This document shows positions 1-11,171 of a DNA stretch of 64,000 bases, in pieces (positions within the stretch are counted from its first letter, which is position 1; every line of letters starts with the position of its first letter). Under the pieces are notes generated by a model. The model saw only the letters and a list, made by a program, of their open reading frames with translations. It was not told the origin of the DNA and made no database searches. The position numbers and the translations under genes were made by a program. Source of the stretch: Sminthopsis crassicaudata (taxonomy: Eukaryota); contig NC_133621.1 of the NCBI RefSeq assembly GCF_048593235.1, positions 65,773,148 to 65,837,147 of the forward strand. Direction: 5' to 3'.

Positions 1-204
1 AGTTTAAAGTCAGAATTTCTTAGTAGAATGCCAAGTTTAAGGTACTAGATTTTAGAGAGTACTGTCAGATGCTGCTAAGTTAGAGTTGCTCAATCTGTGT
101 ATAGTCAATGAGGGAGAGCCAAAAGAATGAACTAATTCTTTAAATAGACACTTAAGAGATCTCTTACTAAGTCTTTCTATGCTTTATATGCCAGGTTTAG
201 AGTT

Positions 205-456
205 ATCTAGTTGGCACAGGAGATAGAGTGCTGGGTCTAAAGTCAGGAAGACCAGACTGAGTTCAAATTTGATCTCAACCACTAACAATTATGGGACTTT
301 AAGCAAGTGACTTGATGTTTGCCTTATTTCTTCATCTGTAAATAAAGTTAATGGTAATACCTACCTCCCAAAAGTTGTTGTGAAGATCAATTTAGATAAT
401 GTTTGTAAAGTGCTTTGCAAACCATAAAAGACTTATATTAATGCTATTTATTATTA
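205..456 (+). mobile_element. MIR (Ther-1) CORE-SINE
   Basis: tRNA-like head, GAGTTCAAAT B-box, CATCTGTAAA core and AATGCTATTTATTATT tail. Confidence 0.75.
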
Positions 457-593
457 CTGTAAAGTCTGATATGTAACAGCTATAGTGTCTCACATTTGTC
501 CTTAAATGGTTTCTATGTCCCAATGACTTCACCGAATGCATATTGTAAATTATGTCTCCAAGAATATGTGCTTAGATGCTGTGAGCTCTTTGA

Positions 594-722
594 TTAGATT
601 GTGAACTCCTTGAGAGCAGTGGCTGAGTTTTAGTTTGGTTAGTTTAATTTTGTACTTTTTTGGATCCTCAGCACTGAGTACACTGCCTGACTCATGGCAG
701 ATACTTCATAGATGCTAGCTGA
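594..722 (+). mobile_element. L2 3' end
   Basis: TAGATTGTGAACTCCTTGAGAGCAG...CAGCACT...TGCCTGAC matches the L2 3' terminus pattern. Confidence 0.6.
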
Positions 723-727
723 TTTAC

Positions 728-812
728 CTCTGGGCTCCACTTTCCTTATCTATGAAATAAAAGGGCTAGACTAGGTGACTTCTCAGATCTATTCCAGTCC
801 TAACAATCTATG
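728..812 (+). mobile_element. MIR3 (Ther-2) 3' part
   Basis: TTTCCTTATCTATGAAAT...GGGCTAGACTAG...TTCCAGTCCTAA...CTATGA. Confidence 0.6.
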
Positions 813-1119
813 ACATAAGGATTTCATACACAAATTGGAAGTCAGAAATAGAAAATATCCGGGGGTTCTGTCGAAATTACAAAATATAAGAAATTCAAAA
901 TTATAAAATATTCTGTCAAACCAGGGGTCCTATCAAAATGACAGAATTATAAGCGAGAGTATTATATGTACCAATATAAAAGCCCCCTTTTGTTTTCTAA
1001 TTGAAACATCCAGTTACTGTGTCTTTGTTCTTGTTAGATTTTGAAATTAACAATAATAACAATAGCACAATTATAGTATATATGTATATATAACATAGTA
1101 TAAAAAAAAGTCCATTTTT

Positions 1120-1315
1120 ATGAGAAAGCATTTTAGATGCATGACATAAAGACAATCTTTTCAAGTATGTAGGGTTAATGCTATTATTCCTATTTTACGG
1201 ATGAAGAAACTGAGCCTGAAAAGCAATTAAGTGATTTAATTGTGATCACAAAGCAAACAGAGCAGGGAGGTGAGACTCACATGAGATCTTGTGACTTGTA
1301 ATATTTTTTTCTAAC
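1120..1315 (-). mobile_element. MIR CORE-SINE
   Basis: ATTTTACGGATGAAGAAACTGAG reverse core followed by TTAAGTGATTT. Confidence 0.55.
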
Positions 1316-2569
1316 ACGGTGAATCTCCTATAATTCTGTATATCTTGTCAGGATTGGGTACCATAAGGGAAAAAAAAAATCATCTGTTCTTAACATCTCT
1401 AATACACTGTGCTATTACGCTATTCATTGTGTGGGATTGGATTACATACACCATTGTCCTTTGTATTCAATGATGATGATGATGTCACTGTCAGAGATGC
1501 AAGGTCTCTCTCTGTACAGGGGTCCCAAATAAGTCCTTCCCATTGTGGAAAGCTAAAGACTATCTTTTGCTTGGATAACCACAGTTTATATTTTGGAGGT
1601 AGGTGTTTGACACTCTCTGAAAGCCGTTCCCTAAGTTGACCTGGCTGCACTGTTTGAGTGTCTGCCCCATTCTTCTCCTTGCTCCCACATAAGCCTGCCA
1701 AACACCTTGGGTATCTTTTCTACTGATTTCCATTCTGACTGGCTAAGATAGATAGGATACATTGCAGAAGGCTTATTCTTTTCTTCTGGGCTAAAATAAA
1801 GAATTTGGTCTTAAACAAGCTGAACAGAGTTTACAAGATAGTTATTGCTATCTTGAGGAAATGCAAATAGTTGATAAAATAATCTTTCTCCTCCAACTTT
1901 CCACCTTCTTAACTCCCACATTCCTCCAAGGAAATCAGATGTTAGCAGTTTCCATGTGTTGGTACTACCTATCTTTAACTGGAGTCTCAGCCCTTTTTGA
2001 CAGGAACTTCCTTTAAAGATAAATTAAAACAGAAAATCCATTATGCCATTAAAAGCTTGCCCAGTATCACATCTATTTTTGAAACTTTTCTTTTTAGCTA
2101 CATTTAGTGATCTTTAAAATATGCCAAAGCTGTCATATTGCAGAGCATCAGACAGAAGCCAAGGAGATGTCTTTTTACAAAATAACCATATTGTTGCTTC
2201 CCTAGATTTTTAATGATTTAATTTAGCCACAGAAAGTAGGACATGCTTATTTTTTGCACCTATGGAATAAACAACTCCCCAATCTTCCCCTTACTGATTT
2301 AATGGGCTCAGTCTCTTCCGGCTACTATCCTTGGGCTAGGGCAGTTGTCATAGAAGAACTCTGGCTCTAGGAGGGTGTTAGGTTCTTCTAAGTTTTGTCT
2401 ATCCAAGTGGACATGTTTAAGTTAAATTCATAGCTTGTTCCAAAACTTGGGGACACACTCTCCCCCTATCTCTCTATCTCTCTCTCTATTACTGCTTGTC
2501 TAATTTATTTATTCATTTATTCATCTATCTCTATCTGTTTAATTTCTTTCTCTTCCTCTCTGGTTTCAT

Positions 2570-3212
2570 CTTTTTAAAATGAATTTATTAGTTTTCAGCA
2601 TTTACTTTTATAATATTCTGATTTCCATTTTTCTTCTTTCTACCTCCCCTCCCATCCCCAAGATGGCAACCAATCTGATATAGGTTATACATGCACAATC
2701 ATATTAAGCATATTTTCACATTAGTCTTGTTGTGAAAGGAGAATTAAAAAAGACAGAGGGAACCATGAAAAAGGAAAAAAACCAAAAAAGTAAAAATAGT
2801 ATGCTTCAATATCATTCAATCTCTATAGTTCTTTCTGTGGATGTAGAGAATATTTTCCATCATGAACTTTTTGGAAACATCTTAGATCATTGTTCTGCTG
2901 AGAAGAGCTAAGTCTATCAAAATTGATCATCTATACAAAGTTGTTGTCACTGGGTACAAAGGTCCCCTGGTTCTGCTCATTTCACTCTGCAACAGTTTGT
3001 GTAAGTCTTTCCAAGTTTTTCTAAAATCTGCCTACTCATCATTTTTTATAAAACAATAGTATTCCATTACATTCATATAGTACAATTTGTTCAACCATTC
3101 CCTAGTTGATGGGCATCCCCTCAATTTCCAATTCTTTGCCATCACAAAGACAGCAGCTATAAACATTTTTGTACCTGTGAGTCTTTTCCCAATGTTTAAT
3201 GATCTCTTTAGG
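2570..3212 (-). mobile_element. L1 3' fragment (ORF2 C-terminus plus 3' UTR)
   Basis: ORF 3032-3253 encodes FIAAVFVMAKNWKLRGCPSTREWLNKLYY, the L1 ORF2 C-terminal motif, followed by a marsupial L1 3' UTR and T-rich tail. Confidence 0.9.
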
Positions 3213-3249
3213 TCTGATTTCATCTTATTCAGCAAAGGATAATTTGGAA

Positions 3250-3578
3250 TCATAATATGTTGAATACTTTCTTACTCCAGTCTTAGGATTATTTGGTTGA
3301 AACCTGGAGGTTCATTAAGGACACAATAAAGGAACGCCCATGATGAGCCAGTTAACTAACCGTATCCCTTACAGGACAAGAAAAATAAGAATCAATCTTT
3401 ATTATAATAAAGAAGATAAACATAAAAGAATATAACCACCTCTGTGGAAAGGAGATTAGATGGCAGTTGAATATCCAAACAGAAAATGATTGATTGGCTA
3501 GAATGAGTCAAAGAGTAATTGAAAGAGCCAAAACAATTTGAATACTTCATCATTCTCCAACAATAGGGCTAGATCACA
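3250..3578 (-). mobile_element. possible solo LTR
   Basis: The minus strand begins TGTG and contains AGCCAATCAATC and AATAAAGATT. Family not recognised. Confidence 0.3.
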
Positions 3579-3579
3579 A

Positions 3580-3800
3580 AGCCTTTCCTGATCCCTGATC
3601 CCCTTCTCCTGGTTATTGCTGTTTTTCTCCCTATCTTGTATTTATTTTATATTATTCTACATGTACTTATACATGTACTTGTCTCCCCCCAAGTAGACTA
3701 TAAGCTCTTGGAAAGTAGAGACTTAAAAAAATAATATCTCTAGCACCTGAGAGTCCCAGCACATAGCAATTAGTTAATAAACACTTATTGATTGATTTTA
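3580..3800 (+). mobile_element. L2 3' end
   Basis: AAGCCTTTCCTGATCCC...TAGACTATAAGCTCTTG...CACATAG...TAATAAACACTTATTGATTGATT. Confidence 0.7.
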
Positions 3801-4056
3801 TTGATCAATCTATCAGACAACCATATCCAAGCTCTGCAAATGGTTGCCATCAAACCAAAAGTTTTAAATTATCACTGGGGAAGTGCTCTTTGTTTTCATT
3901 AGAAATGTATGTTCATACACACAATACTGAATACAGAGGACAAAAGGTATGCCTCTAGGAATTTTGACCCAAAAGGAAGAATAGTTAGTGTGAAAGGTTC
4001 ATATTGAGCCTTAAATCCTTATCCCCCAGAATATGGCTGGGGTCTTTTTGCTAATG

Positions 4057-4265
4057 TCATAGAATCATAGACTTAGAAATAGAAGGGACCTTCTTAGAAG
4101 AAAAATGTTAAACTACTGTCACCATTTTATAAATAAGAAACTGAGGCACAAAAAGATTACATGATTTGCATGTTGCACAGTGGTAGCAAATAGTAGAGCC
4201 AAGACCAAAACAGAATTCTGCCAAGTCTACCACCACCATTGTTTTTTTTCTCACTAATATCATGA
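4057..4265 (-). mobile_element. MIR3
   Basis: TCATAGAATCATAGACTTAGAAATAGAAGGGACC reverse tail plus AGAAACTGAGGC core. Confidence 0.65.
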
Positions 4266-4472
4266 AATTCATCCAATTATAAGGACTAAAATAGATTTTG
4301 TCTGTGCAAATATTGTATTTATTAATTCAATATTTAACCTATTTCTTATATGCCAGATTGTAATCTCCTTGAGAGCAGAGATACTCTTTGTCTTTTAATC
4401 CCCCAGAATTCTAGTAAGTGTCTCATACCTATATTCACCTGAGAATTACTTGGGATAAACAATGATTTTTAA

Positions 4473-4521
4473 ACATATATATATGTATATATGTATATAT
4501 GTGCATATATATATATATATA
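4473..4521. repeat. (AT)n microsatellite, interrupted
   Basis: Direct reading. Confidence 0.9.
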
Positions 4522-5282
4522 CTTTCAATTTGGGACAATAACAGTTTTTATTTATGCAAAAGTCACTCAAAACATCTGATGAAAAAGATGAAGCCCAATT
4601 GAGCTAGTTTCCCTGTCTTTAGTTAGTTCTAAGTTAGTTGAGACTTGAATTTTATATCTATAGGCACATTATTTTATTATTCTATTTTGTTGTGTTTTTA
4701 AACATAACTTTTCAGAATACTTCTTTTGTAGCTCATTCTCTGTGTGAGGAAATAAAGCTTTTCAATGGATCACAAATTCAAGCCTACAATGACCCAAGAT
4801 TAATTGCACCAAAGTGTTGTTGAAAACAAAAAACAGTAACAAAAATCGACAAAGCATTCCTACAGTATAGCCTGATTAATTCTCAAAAAAGGATTTAAGA
4901 CCTTCAGAGTAATGCGGTAGGTGGGGATGCCAGGTTGATTCTTCTAAAGTGTGGGATTGGATTCCTGAAATCGGAAAAACAGTAAGACTAATTGTTTAAA
5001 ATCTTTACTAACTTTTGCTATGAAGAAAAATTCTTCTCATGAGCATGACACAGCAGAGACTGAAATATTATAGATAGTTTGGGGGAAAAAAGCTACTAAT
5101 GAAACACGTTTTGAGTCAAAATTACATCAAAACCAATGTCAGAAGTCCACGTGAGCCTATGAGAAGATCTGGGCACTTTCTTCAGCCTGTAAAACATCCA
5201 TCCAGAAATGTTTTGAGGATTATTTACTTCTAGTGGGAATGGAAGTCTTGTACTCATTGACACAGGATGGTGAAGTCTGATT

Positions 5283-5461
5283 CTTCTTTTCTTTTCCTTT
5301 TTTTAAAATTTTTTTTTTTGTTCGAGAAGCAATTAGGGTTAAGTGTCTTGCACAGGGTCACACAGATAATAAGTGTTTAGTGTTTGAAGCCAGAATATTT
5401 GAACTCAGGTCCTGCTGACTCCAGGGTCTGTGCTCTATCTATTGTACCATCCAGCTGCCCC
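5283..5461 (-). mobile_element. WSINE1-type SINE with TSD
   Basis: Full GGGGCAGCTGG...GACCTGAGTTCAAAT...TTAACCC body on the minus strand. TSD TGAAGTCTGATT (5271-5282) / TGAACTCTGATT (5463-5474), 11 of 12 identical. Confidence 0.9.
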
Positions 5462-5691
5462 ATGAACTCTGATTAATATATTCATATGCTTTCAGATAGA
5501 ATTGCTTTATACCTATAAATATTCTAGGATGGAGATGGAATACTACAATACAACCTTGTATCATACTACAAATCACAAAAGGTTCAAAGATTTATGCAAG
5601 AGATGCAGATAAACACGCTTCATTGTCCTGGAAACTCAGTTGATTTAAACCCTATTTAAAAACCCTGTGGGTTATAATGGAAGATAGACTT

Positions 5692-5930
5692 GGGAAAATG
5701 GGCTTCATCAAAGATACATTAAAAAATCTGATGTGACAAATTTGTGGCTTCATGATGAAGAAATAAAGAATATGTGTTAAAATCTTGTGAACAATGCCAA
5801 ATTGTATAAAACAACTTATTGAAGCAAAAGGAGGACACAGTACATATTAAATACTTTTTTACAGATGTAAAAATATATTCTATAAGTCAACAAATTCATT
5901 TTACTTTGTTATAGTTACTGTAAGTGGAAC
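5692..5930 (+). pseudogene. possible highly decayed Gypsy/Ginger-type integrase fragment
   Basis: With frameshifts: GKMGFIKDTLKNL..W..MKK.KEYVLKSCEQCQ...TVHI..KYIL..KF..KW, resembling the integrase zinc finger and start of the core. Several stops. Confidence 0.3.
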
Positions 5931-6215
5931 TCCATAAATATTGTTGAGTTAATGAACATAGGACTATGAAGGTCATTTTTAAAAATTCTACTGTTCAATA
6001 ACACTTTGTAACTGATTACTTAATAGAACAGAGTCTTACATTAGGCTCTGGGAAAGATATAAAGTATATATGTGACATGAAGATAATATGTGAAGTTTAT
6101 ATACGATGCATGGATTTTATAAAGCATTATTTTGGCCCTCATGGAGCTTACAGCCTAACAGTCCAGTAAAAAAGAAGCATTTATTTGCAAGATAAGTTAT
6201 TATTCTATCTACTCT

Positions 6216-6380
6216 AAGCAGTGTAGTATAATAGATGGAGTAGTTAAGTTGGAGTCGGGAGGATTTGAATTCAAATTCTATTCTGCTATTTACTGTGTGA
6301 CTATGGCCAAATTACTTGACCTTCCTGACTCTGATTTTCTACCTGTAAAACAGGAAACCTGTATGACTTACTTCACATAG
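6216..6380 (+). mobile_element. MIR
   Basis: Head, TTGAATTCAAATT, TGTGTGACT and CCTGTAAAA core. Confidence 0.6.
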
Positions 6381-6386
6381 GGAGGT

Positions 6387-6912
6387 GGGGGGGATGTTTA
6401 GGGAGGACTAGTATATCTGGTATGAGGGCCTGCTAAGTCCTTTTCAGGGCCACTCATTCATCTTTCCCATCCATCTGTCGCTCAACTCTCACCCGTGGCT
6501 CTAAAAAGCTATAGAATGAGTTATTTCCCAGTAAAACATCTCAGCAGATGGACGAAAATAGGTTGAGGGTAACTGACAGGGCTTAACTCCATCAGTGAAT
6601 TAGGGAGATCACTACCCCAAGCATGAGAAGACTTCCCTGGGGGAATGGGTAGATCAGAACAGCTTGTTCCAACAGCCAAAAAGGCAGCCGAGGCAGACAT
6701 GCTTAGAGCTTGGTGAAACATCAAAGACCCTAAGATCATCTACTGCATCCTGGGCCATCATCAGTCATCTTGATTTTTGTCTTGCCACCCGATTGCCCTG
6801 GAAGAGAGAGGAGACACAATTCTGTCTCACTTAAATTCAACTCACACAGGAGTTGAGACATCACCCCATGATATCATTGGTCCTCATTGAAAAGAAAGGA
6901 CAAACAATAACT
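6387..6912 (+). mobile_element. RTE-derived non-autonomous SINE (WALLSI/RTESINE type), near full length
   Basis: RTE 5'UTR-like start (TTTAGGGAGGACTAG...CTTTTCAGGGC) joined to an RTE 3' end (CACTTAAATTCAACTCAC...GAAAGGACAAACAATAA). Confidence 0.75.
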
Positions 6913-6965
6913 GCTTCATATAATTGTGTCAAAGTCTTCAAAAAGATAATATATGTGTATGAGAG

Positions 6966-7015
6966 TATGTGTGTGTGTGTGTGTATACATACATACACAC
7001 ACACACACACACATA
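6966..7015. repeat. (TG)8-ATACAT-(AC)9 self-complementary microsatellite
   Basis: Direct reading. Confidence 0.9.
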
Positions 7016-7588
7016 TATGTATAGTTCTGGGCAAAAATTAAAGTCCTACATAAATGTAAATTATTTTTCTTTAATCCTAGTCATGCCTCCACATAGCTTT
7101 TTATTTATTTTCTTAACATTTATTTATACTTTGTTTCCCCTTTTTGTATTTTAAAAGTCATTGGGCATCTTCTGTGAGATTCATTTGTAGCTTTGCCTTT
7201 TCTTAATACATGCATTTTTAAAAATCATGGTTCTACTTTCAAAAAGTGAAAAACTATTTGGTGGATTTCTGATATTTCCTTTACACAAAGGTATTGAATT
7301 TAATGTTCATTCCTACATTGTGACTTGTCTGTACAGAAAAACTTTCACTTTCTCCATCTTTATAATACTAGTAATTCACAAATTGATAATATTTTATGGT
7401 TTACTCTTACACTTTTCTCTCATCTCATTGAATCTCAATTCATTCTCTCAAGTCAGAAGTTAGAAGAGGGCAAATATTATCTCCATTTTACAGATGCAGA
7501 AAATGAGGCTCAAGCATTTGTCCTCATTTTTTTTTTTTTTTTGGTGAGTATTACCGTGATTTCTCTTTGTGTGTGTCTCTTTCTGTCT

Positions 7589-7752
7589 NNNNNNNNNNNN
7601 NNNNNNNNNNNNNNNNNNNNNNNNNNNNNNNNNNNNNNNNNNNNNNNNNNNNNNNNNNNNNNNNNNNNNNNNNNNNNNNNNNNNNNNNNNNNNNNNNNNN
7701 NNNNNNNNNNNNNNNNNNNNNNNNNNNNNNNNNNNNNNNNNNNNNNNNNNNN
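7589..7752. other. assembly gap
   Basis: N run. Confidence 1.
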
Positions 7753-7829
7753 GTGTCTTAAGGCTATATTTGAACTCAGGTCCTCCTGACTTCAGGGCTG
7801 GAGCTCTATCCACTACAACAGCTAACTGT
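7753..7829 (-). mobile_element. WSINE1-type SINE 5' half
   Basis: TTTGAACTCAGGTCCTCCTGACTTCAGGGCTGG...; the rest is lost in the gap. Confidence 0.85.
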
Positions 7830-7845
7830 CCCTCTCTCTCTCTCT

Positions 7846-8003
7846 TTTTAATAGCATTTTATTTTTCCAAATACATACAAAGATAGTTTTTGACATTCAC
7901 CTTTGCAAAACCTTGTGTTCCAAAACTATCTCCCTCTCTTCCTCCTCTCTTCCTCCCTTCTCCCACTCCTCTAGACAGCAAGCAATCCGATATAGGTTAA
8001 ACA
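7846..8003 (-). mobile_element. L1 3' terminal stub
   Basis: AATAGCATTTTATTTTTCCAAATACAT...CCTTTGCAAAACCTTGTGTTCC...CTAGACAGCAAGCAATCC. Confidence 0.85.
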
Positions 8004-8179
8004 CCCACATAGCTTTCTTTTAAAGATGTATTTATATCTTTTTTACACCAGTAATTTCTGAATGCTCTCTTTCCCCTGAATTTTTCCTTGTAACAAAGAA
8101 AAAATATTAAGTAAAACCAACTAAATCAGATCCCACTGTATGCGATATTCCACACCTGGAATCACCCACCTTTCTATCA

Positions 8180-8412
8180 AGGTAGCTGGGTGGTGCAGTG
8201 GATCTGAAATTAGGAAGATTTGTGATCTGGCCTCAGACACTTATTAACTATGTGACTTTTGGCAAGTGACTTCAATTTTCTCAACTATAAAATGGGTATG
8301 ATAAGAATACCCACCTCCCAGAGTTGTTTTGAGGATTAAATAAGATATATTTTTTAAAAATTTATTATAGTTCCTGGCACAAATGCTAGATGCCACTATT
8401 AATAATAATAAT
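8180..8412 (+). mobile_element. MIR
   Basis: GGTAGCTGGGTGGTGCAGTGG head, GGCCTCAGACACTTA and CCTCCCAGAGTTGTT. Confidence 0.75.
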
Positions 8413-9397
8413 GGGAAGGATATGTGTTTCTCTGGGTGTTTTAAAGAACACCTTAGTCCATGAGGCTGGGAAAGTGCTTATTTTCCTTATTGAAGACATT
8501 AGTTATTCACTAAGCAAATATTACGTTCAGAAGGGAAGTGTTAAAATACATACTCTCTCCAGCTAGTTAATTGATTGATGAGGAACATTAGCCAGTTGAT
8601 TGACATTAGCTGGGATGTAAACACTCGTTTTATTTTATTTCTCTTCACATGGAAAAAGCACAAACTAATAAAGATAACTAGTTTCTATGATCCATTATCC
8701 CATGCATGAGATCTTCCTACCAGTAGTTCGGTCTACAAGATTGAATATACAATTTCTGATATGTTCTCCTATCCCTCCTCCATCCTCACAGCAAGGACTG
8801 AAAAGTCCCACTGCTTTCTAGAGATCTGCCACCTGCTGTTTGTATTGTAAGTGATTTATTTGGGTTTATTGGAACTTCTTGTGTTTTTGGTGAGGGAAGA
8901 GAATTATCTAATTTCCCATCATTCTTATAACATGAATATATAAATTTTGTCTTATTAGATTTGAGATGTTTTGCTTAAATCATTCAAAAGCCAACCAGAA
9001 AGTAAGGACTTCCAGAATATCTCTCCAGTCAGCCATCAGTAAAAAGAAAAAAAAAAAGCCAAAAAAAACCCCCACCAACATTTGAATTTCACACCCTTAT
9101 TCCCTCCGTCCCACTGAGATTGGACAGATGGGCTCATCAGAGCAGTTGTACAGACTGGCTGCCAAATGGAACCTCCAGATGAAGCAAAGAATGATAAGAT
9201 ACCAAGAAGAGGGGTGCCTTGTGTCTGGTGACCTTTCCACTAGTCACAACTTCTACTATTCATAGACTGTGACACAGAAAGTATAAATATGTTATAAAAT
9301 CTAGAGCTGAGGGTGGAAGTGGAGGAAGCTTAGTGGTCCCCCACATAGTAAAAGTAAAAGCAGATCTGGGATTCAAATCCAGGTCCTCTGGCTCTGA

Positions 9398-9545
9398 TTT
9401 TTTTTTTGGGGGGGGGGAGCCTAGACAATCATGGTTAAGTGACTTGCCCAGGATCACACATCTGAAGTGTCTGAGACCACATTTGAATTCAAGTCCTCCT
9501 GACTCCAGGACTAGCATTCCATTCATTGTGCCTCCTAGCTGCCCC
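9398..9545 (-). mobile_element. WSINE1-type SINE inserted in a MIR3 remnant
   Basis: TTAAGTGACTTGCCCAGGATCACAC...GAATTCAAGTCCTCCTGACTCCAGG...CTAGCTGCCCC. Confidence 0.85.
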
Positions 9546-10229
9546 TTGACTCCAAATTGAAGGCTCTTTACCTTGCCTCTTGGTGGTCTATTGGTGCCCC
9601 AGAGGTGACCAGGAGAAGAGATCTGGTCATCATTCTTGCTAAGGAATGGAAAGCTGATAGCTGCTGTTTGTGAATATGGTCTCCCTCCTCTGATTACAGA
9701 TTGTCTTCATTTCTCCCCCCTCCCCACATACTTGGCTTTGAAATTAAAAAAATTTAAAAATGGATTTAATCTAGTTCCTGCCTTTGGGTCAATGTGGTTC
9801 TGAACCTTTTTTGTTTTTAAAGAGGGAGGAAACTGAAATTGAATTAAGTCCTTTGATGTGAGCTTTGGGGTGTTTTGTAGATTCTTTCTTTTTATTTACC
9901 AAACTCTGACTTACTGAAAACTGAGCTGAAGAATCAGTCCATACACACTAAGAAAACAAATTCTCTCAGTGGGGGGGAGGGGGTTTGCAGGAGTGGAAGA
10001 TTTCTCTGGCTTTATCTGACTGACAGACTCTTTGGGGCAATAGTAAGTTCAGAGGCTCCTGGAGAGAGAGCCTTTATAGGAGGATTTCATTGTAATCTTC
10101 CAGGGGATTGTATTGCTACAAGCCTGTGTTCCCTCCCAATGAATGAATTTGTGAATCTGAGCAAAGGAAAGGCAGAGAAAACTTGCATTTTGCCATTCTA
10201 TGTTTATGGTGGTGGCAGTGAGCCACAGC

Positions 10230-10360
10230 CTTAAACAATTTCAACCCCCATCTATTACGTGCCCACTATGTTTGAGCCATTGTACTAAGTAGGAGGAGGC
10301 TACAATGCTAAGATATGCTCCTTATGCAAGCTTCAGATCCAGGAGGAGGAGATAAGACTC
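10230..10360 (-). mobile_element. L2 3' end
   Basis: CATCTATTACGTGCCCACTATG...ATTGTACTAAG. Confidence 0.5.
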
Positions 10361-10399
10361 TCAGAGGCAGTTTTGTGATCTTATCATGTGGGAGAGGAG

Positions 10400-10880
10400 T
10401 TAGAACAGATAACAATCCCTCCACACCTTCTTATCATCTGTGATTCTTTTCTTAAATCTTCCATAGTGGGCCCACCAAGAGACCCTGGATTCCTTCTTTG
10501 TTGGTGTTTGTTTGGTTTTTAACTTTCTGGAAGTGCCAGTGCTACTCCCAGGCTTCCCATCTTCTGCCTCTTGTTCTGGAGGCATTACCAATTCCTCTTT
10601 CTCACAACGCATGCCTTCCACAATGCTTTTACTCCACCATTCATGCCCAAATTACCATCGACACATTCATGGGCTGCATCTGATTCCAACAGCCTCCATG
10701 GGTCTTGCCATTGGCTTTTGGGTGAATAGGAATTCTGACTCTTTTGAGAAGATGATATGCCATAATTCTCAGTACAATTACAGAGAGATTGTTGATATTA
10801 GAAAAATGGGCTTTTGTGGCAGTGAGCATTTGGGGATTGCTCCCCTTCCATTATGTGCCTCCATTATGTGGGTGACTCCC
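10400..10880 (-). mobile_element. RTE-clade LINE 3' fragment
   Basis: Minus-strand translation TKAHFSNINNLSV...KRVRI...KANGKT, then downstream RW/W motifs, resembles the RTE RT C-terminus (KAHLFNTNILPVMLYG...QRAMER...WAG). Confidence 0.65.
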
Positions 10881-10994
10881 AGCCAATCTTCATTCCCCTC
10901 CAGACCCTTTTCCCTGTCTTTTGACTTCAAAACCATCCCTCCTTTCTTCCCCATTCTAGTTTTCAGTTAAATCCTTTTTATCATCTTTCTCTCT

Positions 10995-11090
10995 TAAAAT
11001 GTAAGCTCCTTGAGGACAGAGACATATATTCATATCCCCAACATCCCCTACCACAATGTCTGGCACACGGCAAGTGTTTAATAAATGCGT
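10995..11090 (+). mobile_element. L2 3' end
   Basis: TGTAAGCTCCTTGAGGACAG...TGGCACACGG...TTAATAAATG. Confidence 0.7.
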
Positions 11091-11171
11091 GTTTCTTTTC
11101 TGGATGGGGAGAGTCATGTCGGTGATTCTTGTCTCAAAGTGAGGGTTATATGTTCAAAGGATTTTGAAAGA

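Noticed and set aside
2290-2460. GC-richer segment that might be an LTR fragment
   Set aside because: No TG..CA ends, TSD or recognisable family.
4890-4960. Minus-strand exon-like segment (TTTCAG| ... GAAG|GTCTTA)
   Set aside because: Weak donor, unrecognised peptide and no supporting neighbouring exons.
1429-4964. Exact 15-mer GTGTGGGATTGGATT at about 1429 and 4949, both reading NPIPH on the minus strand
   Set aside because: The flanks do not align, and roughly one or two exact 15-mer repeats are expected by chance in 64 kb.
8792-8846. Plus-strand 55-nt exon-like segment with good acceptor and ATT|GTAAGT
   Set aside because: Only one short unrecognised open frame and no linked exons. Indistinguishable from a pseudo-exon without RNA data.
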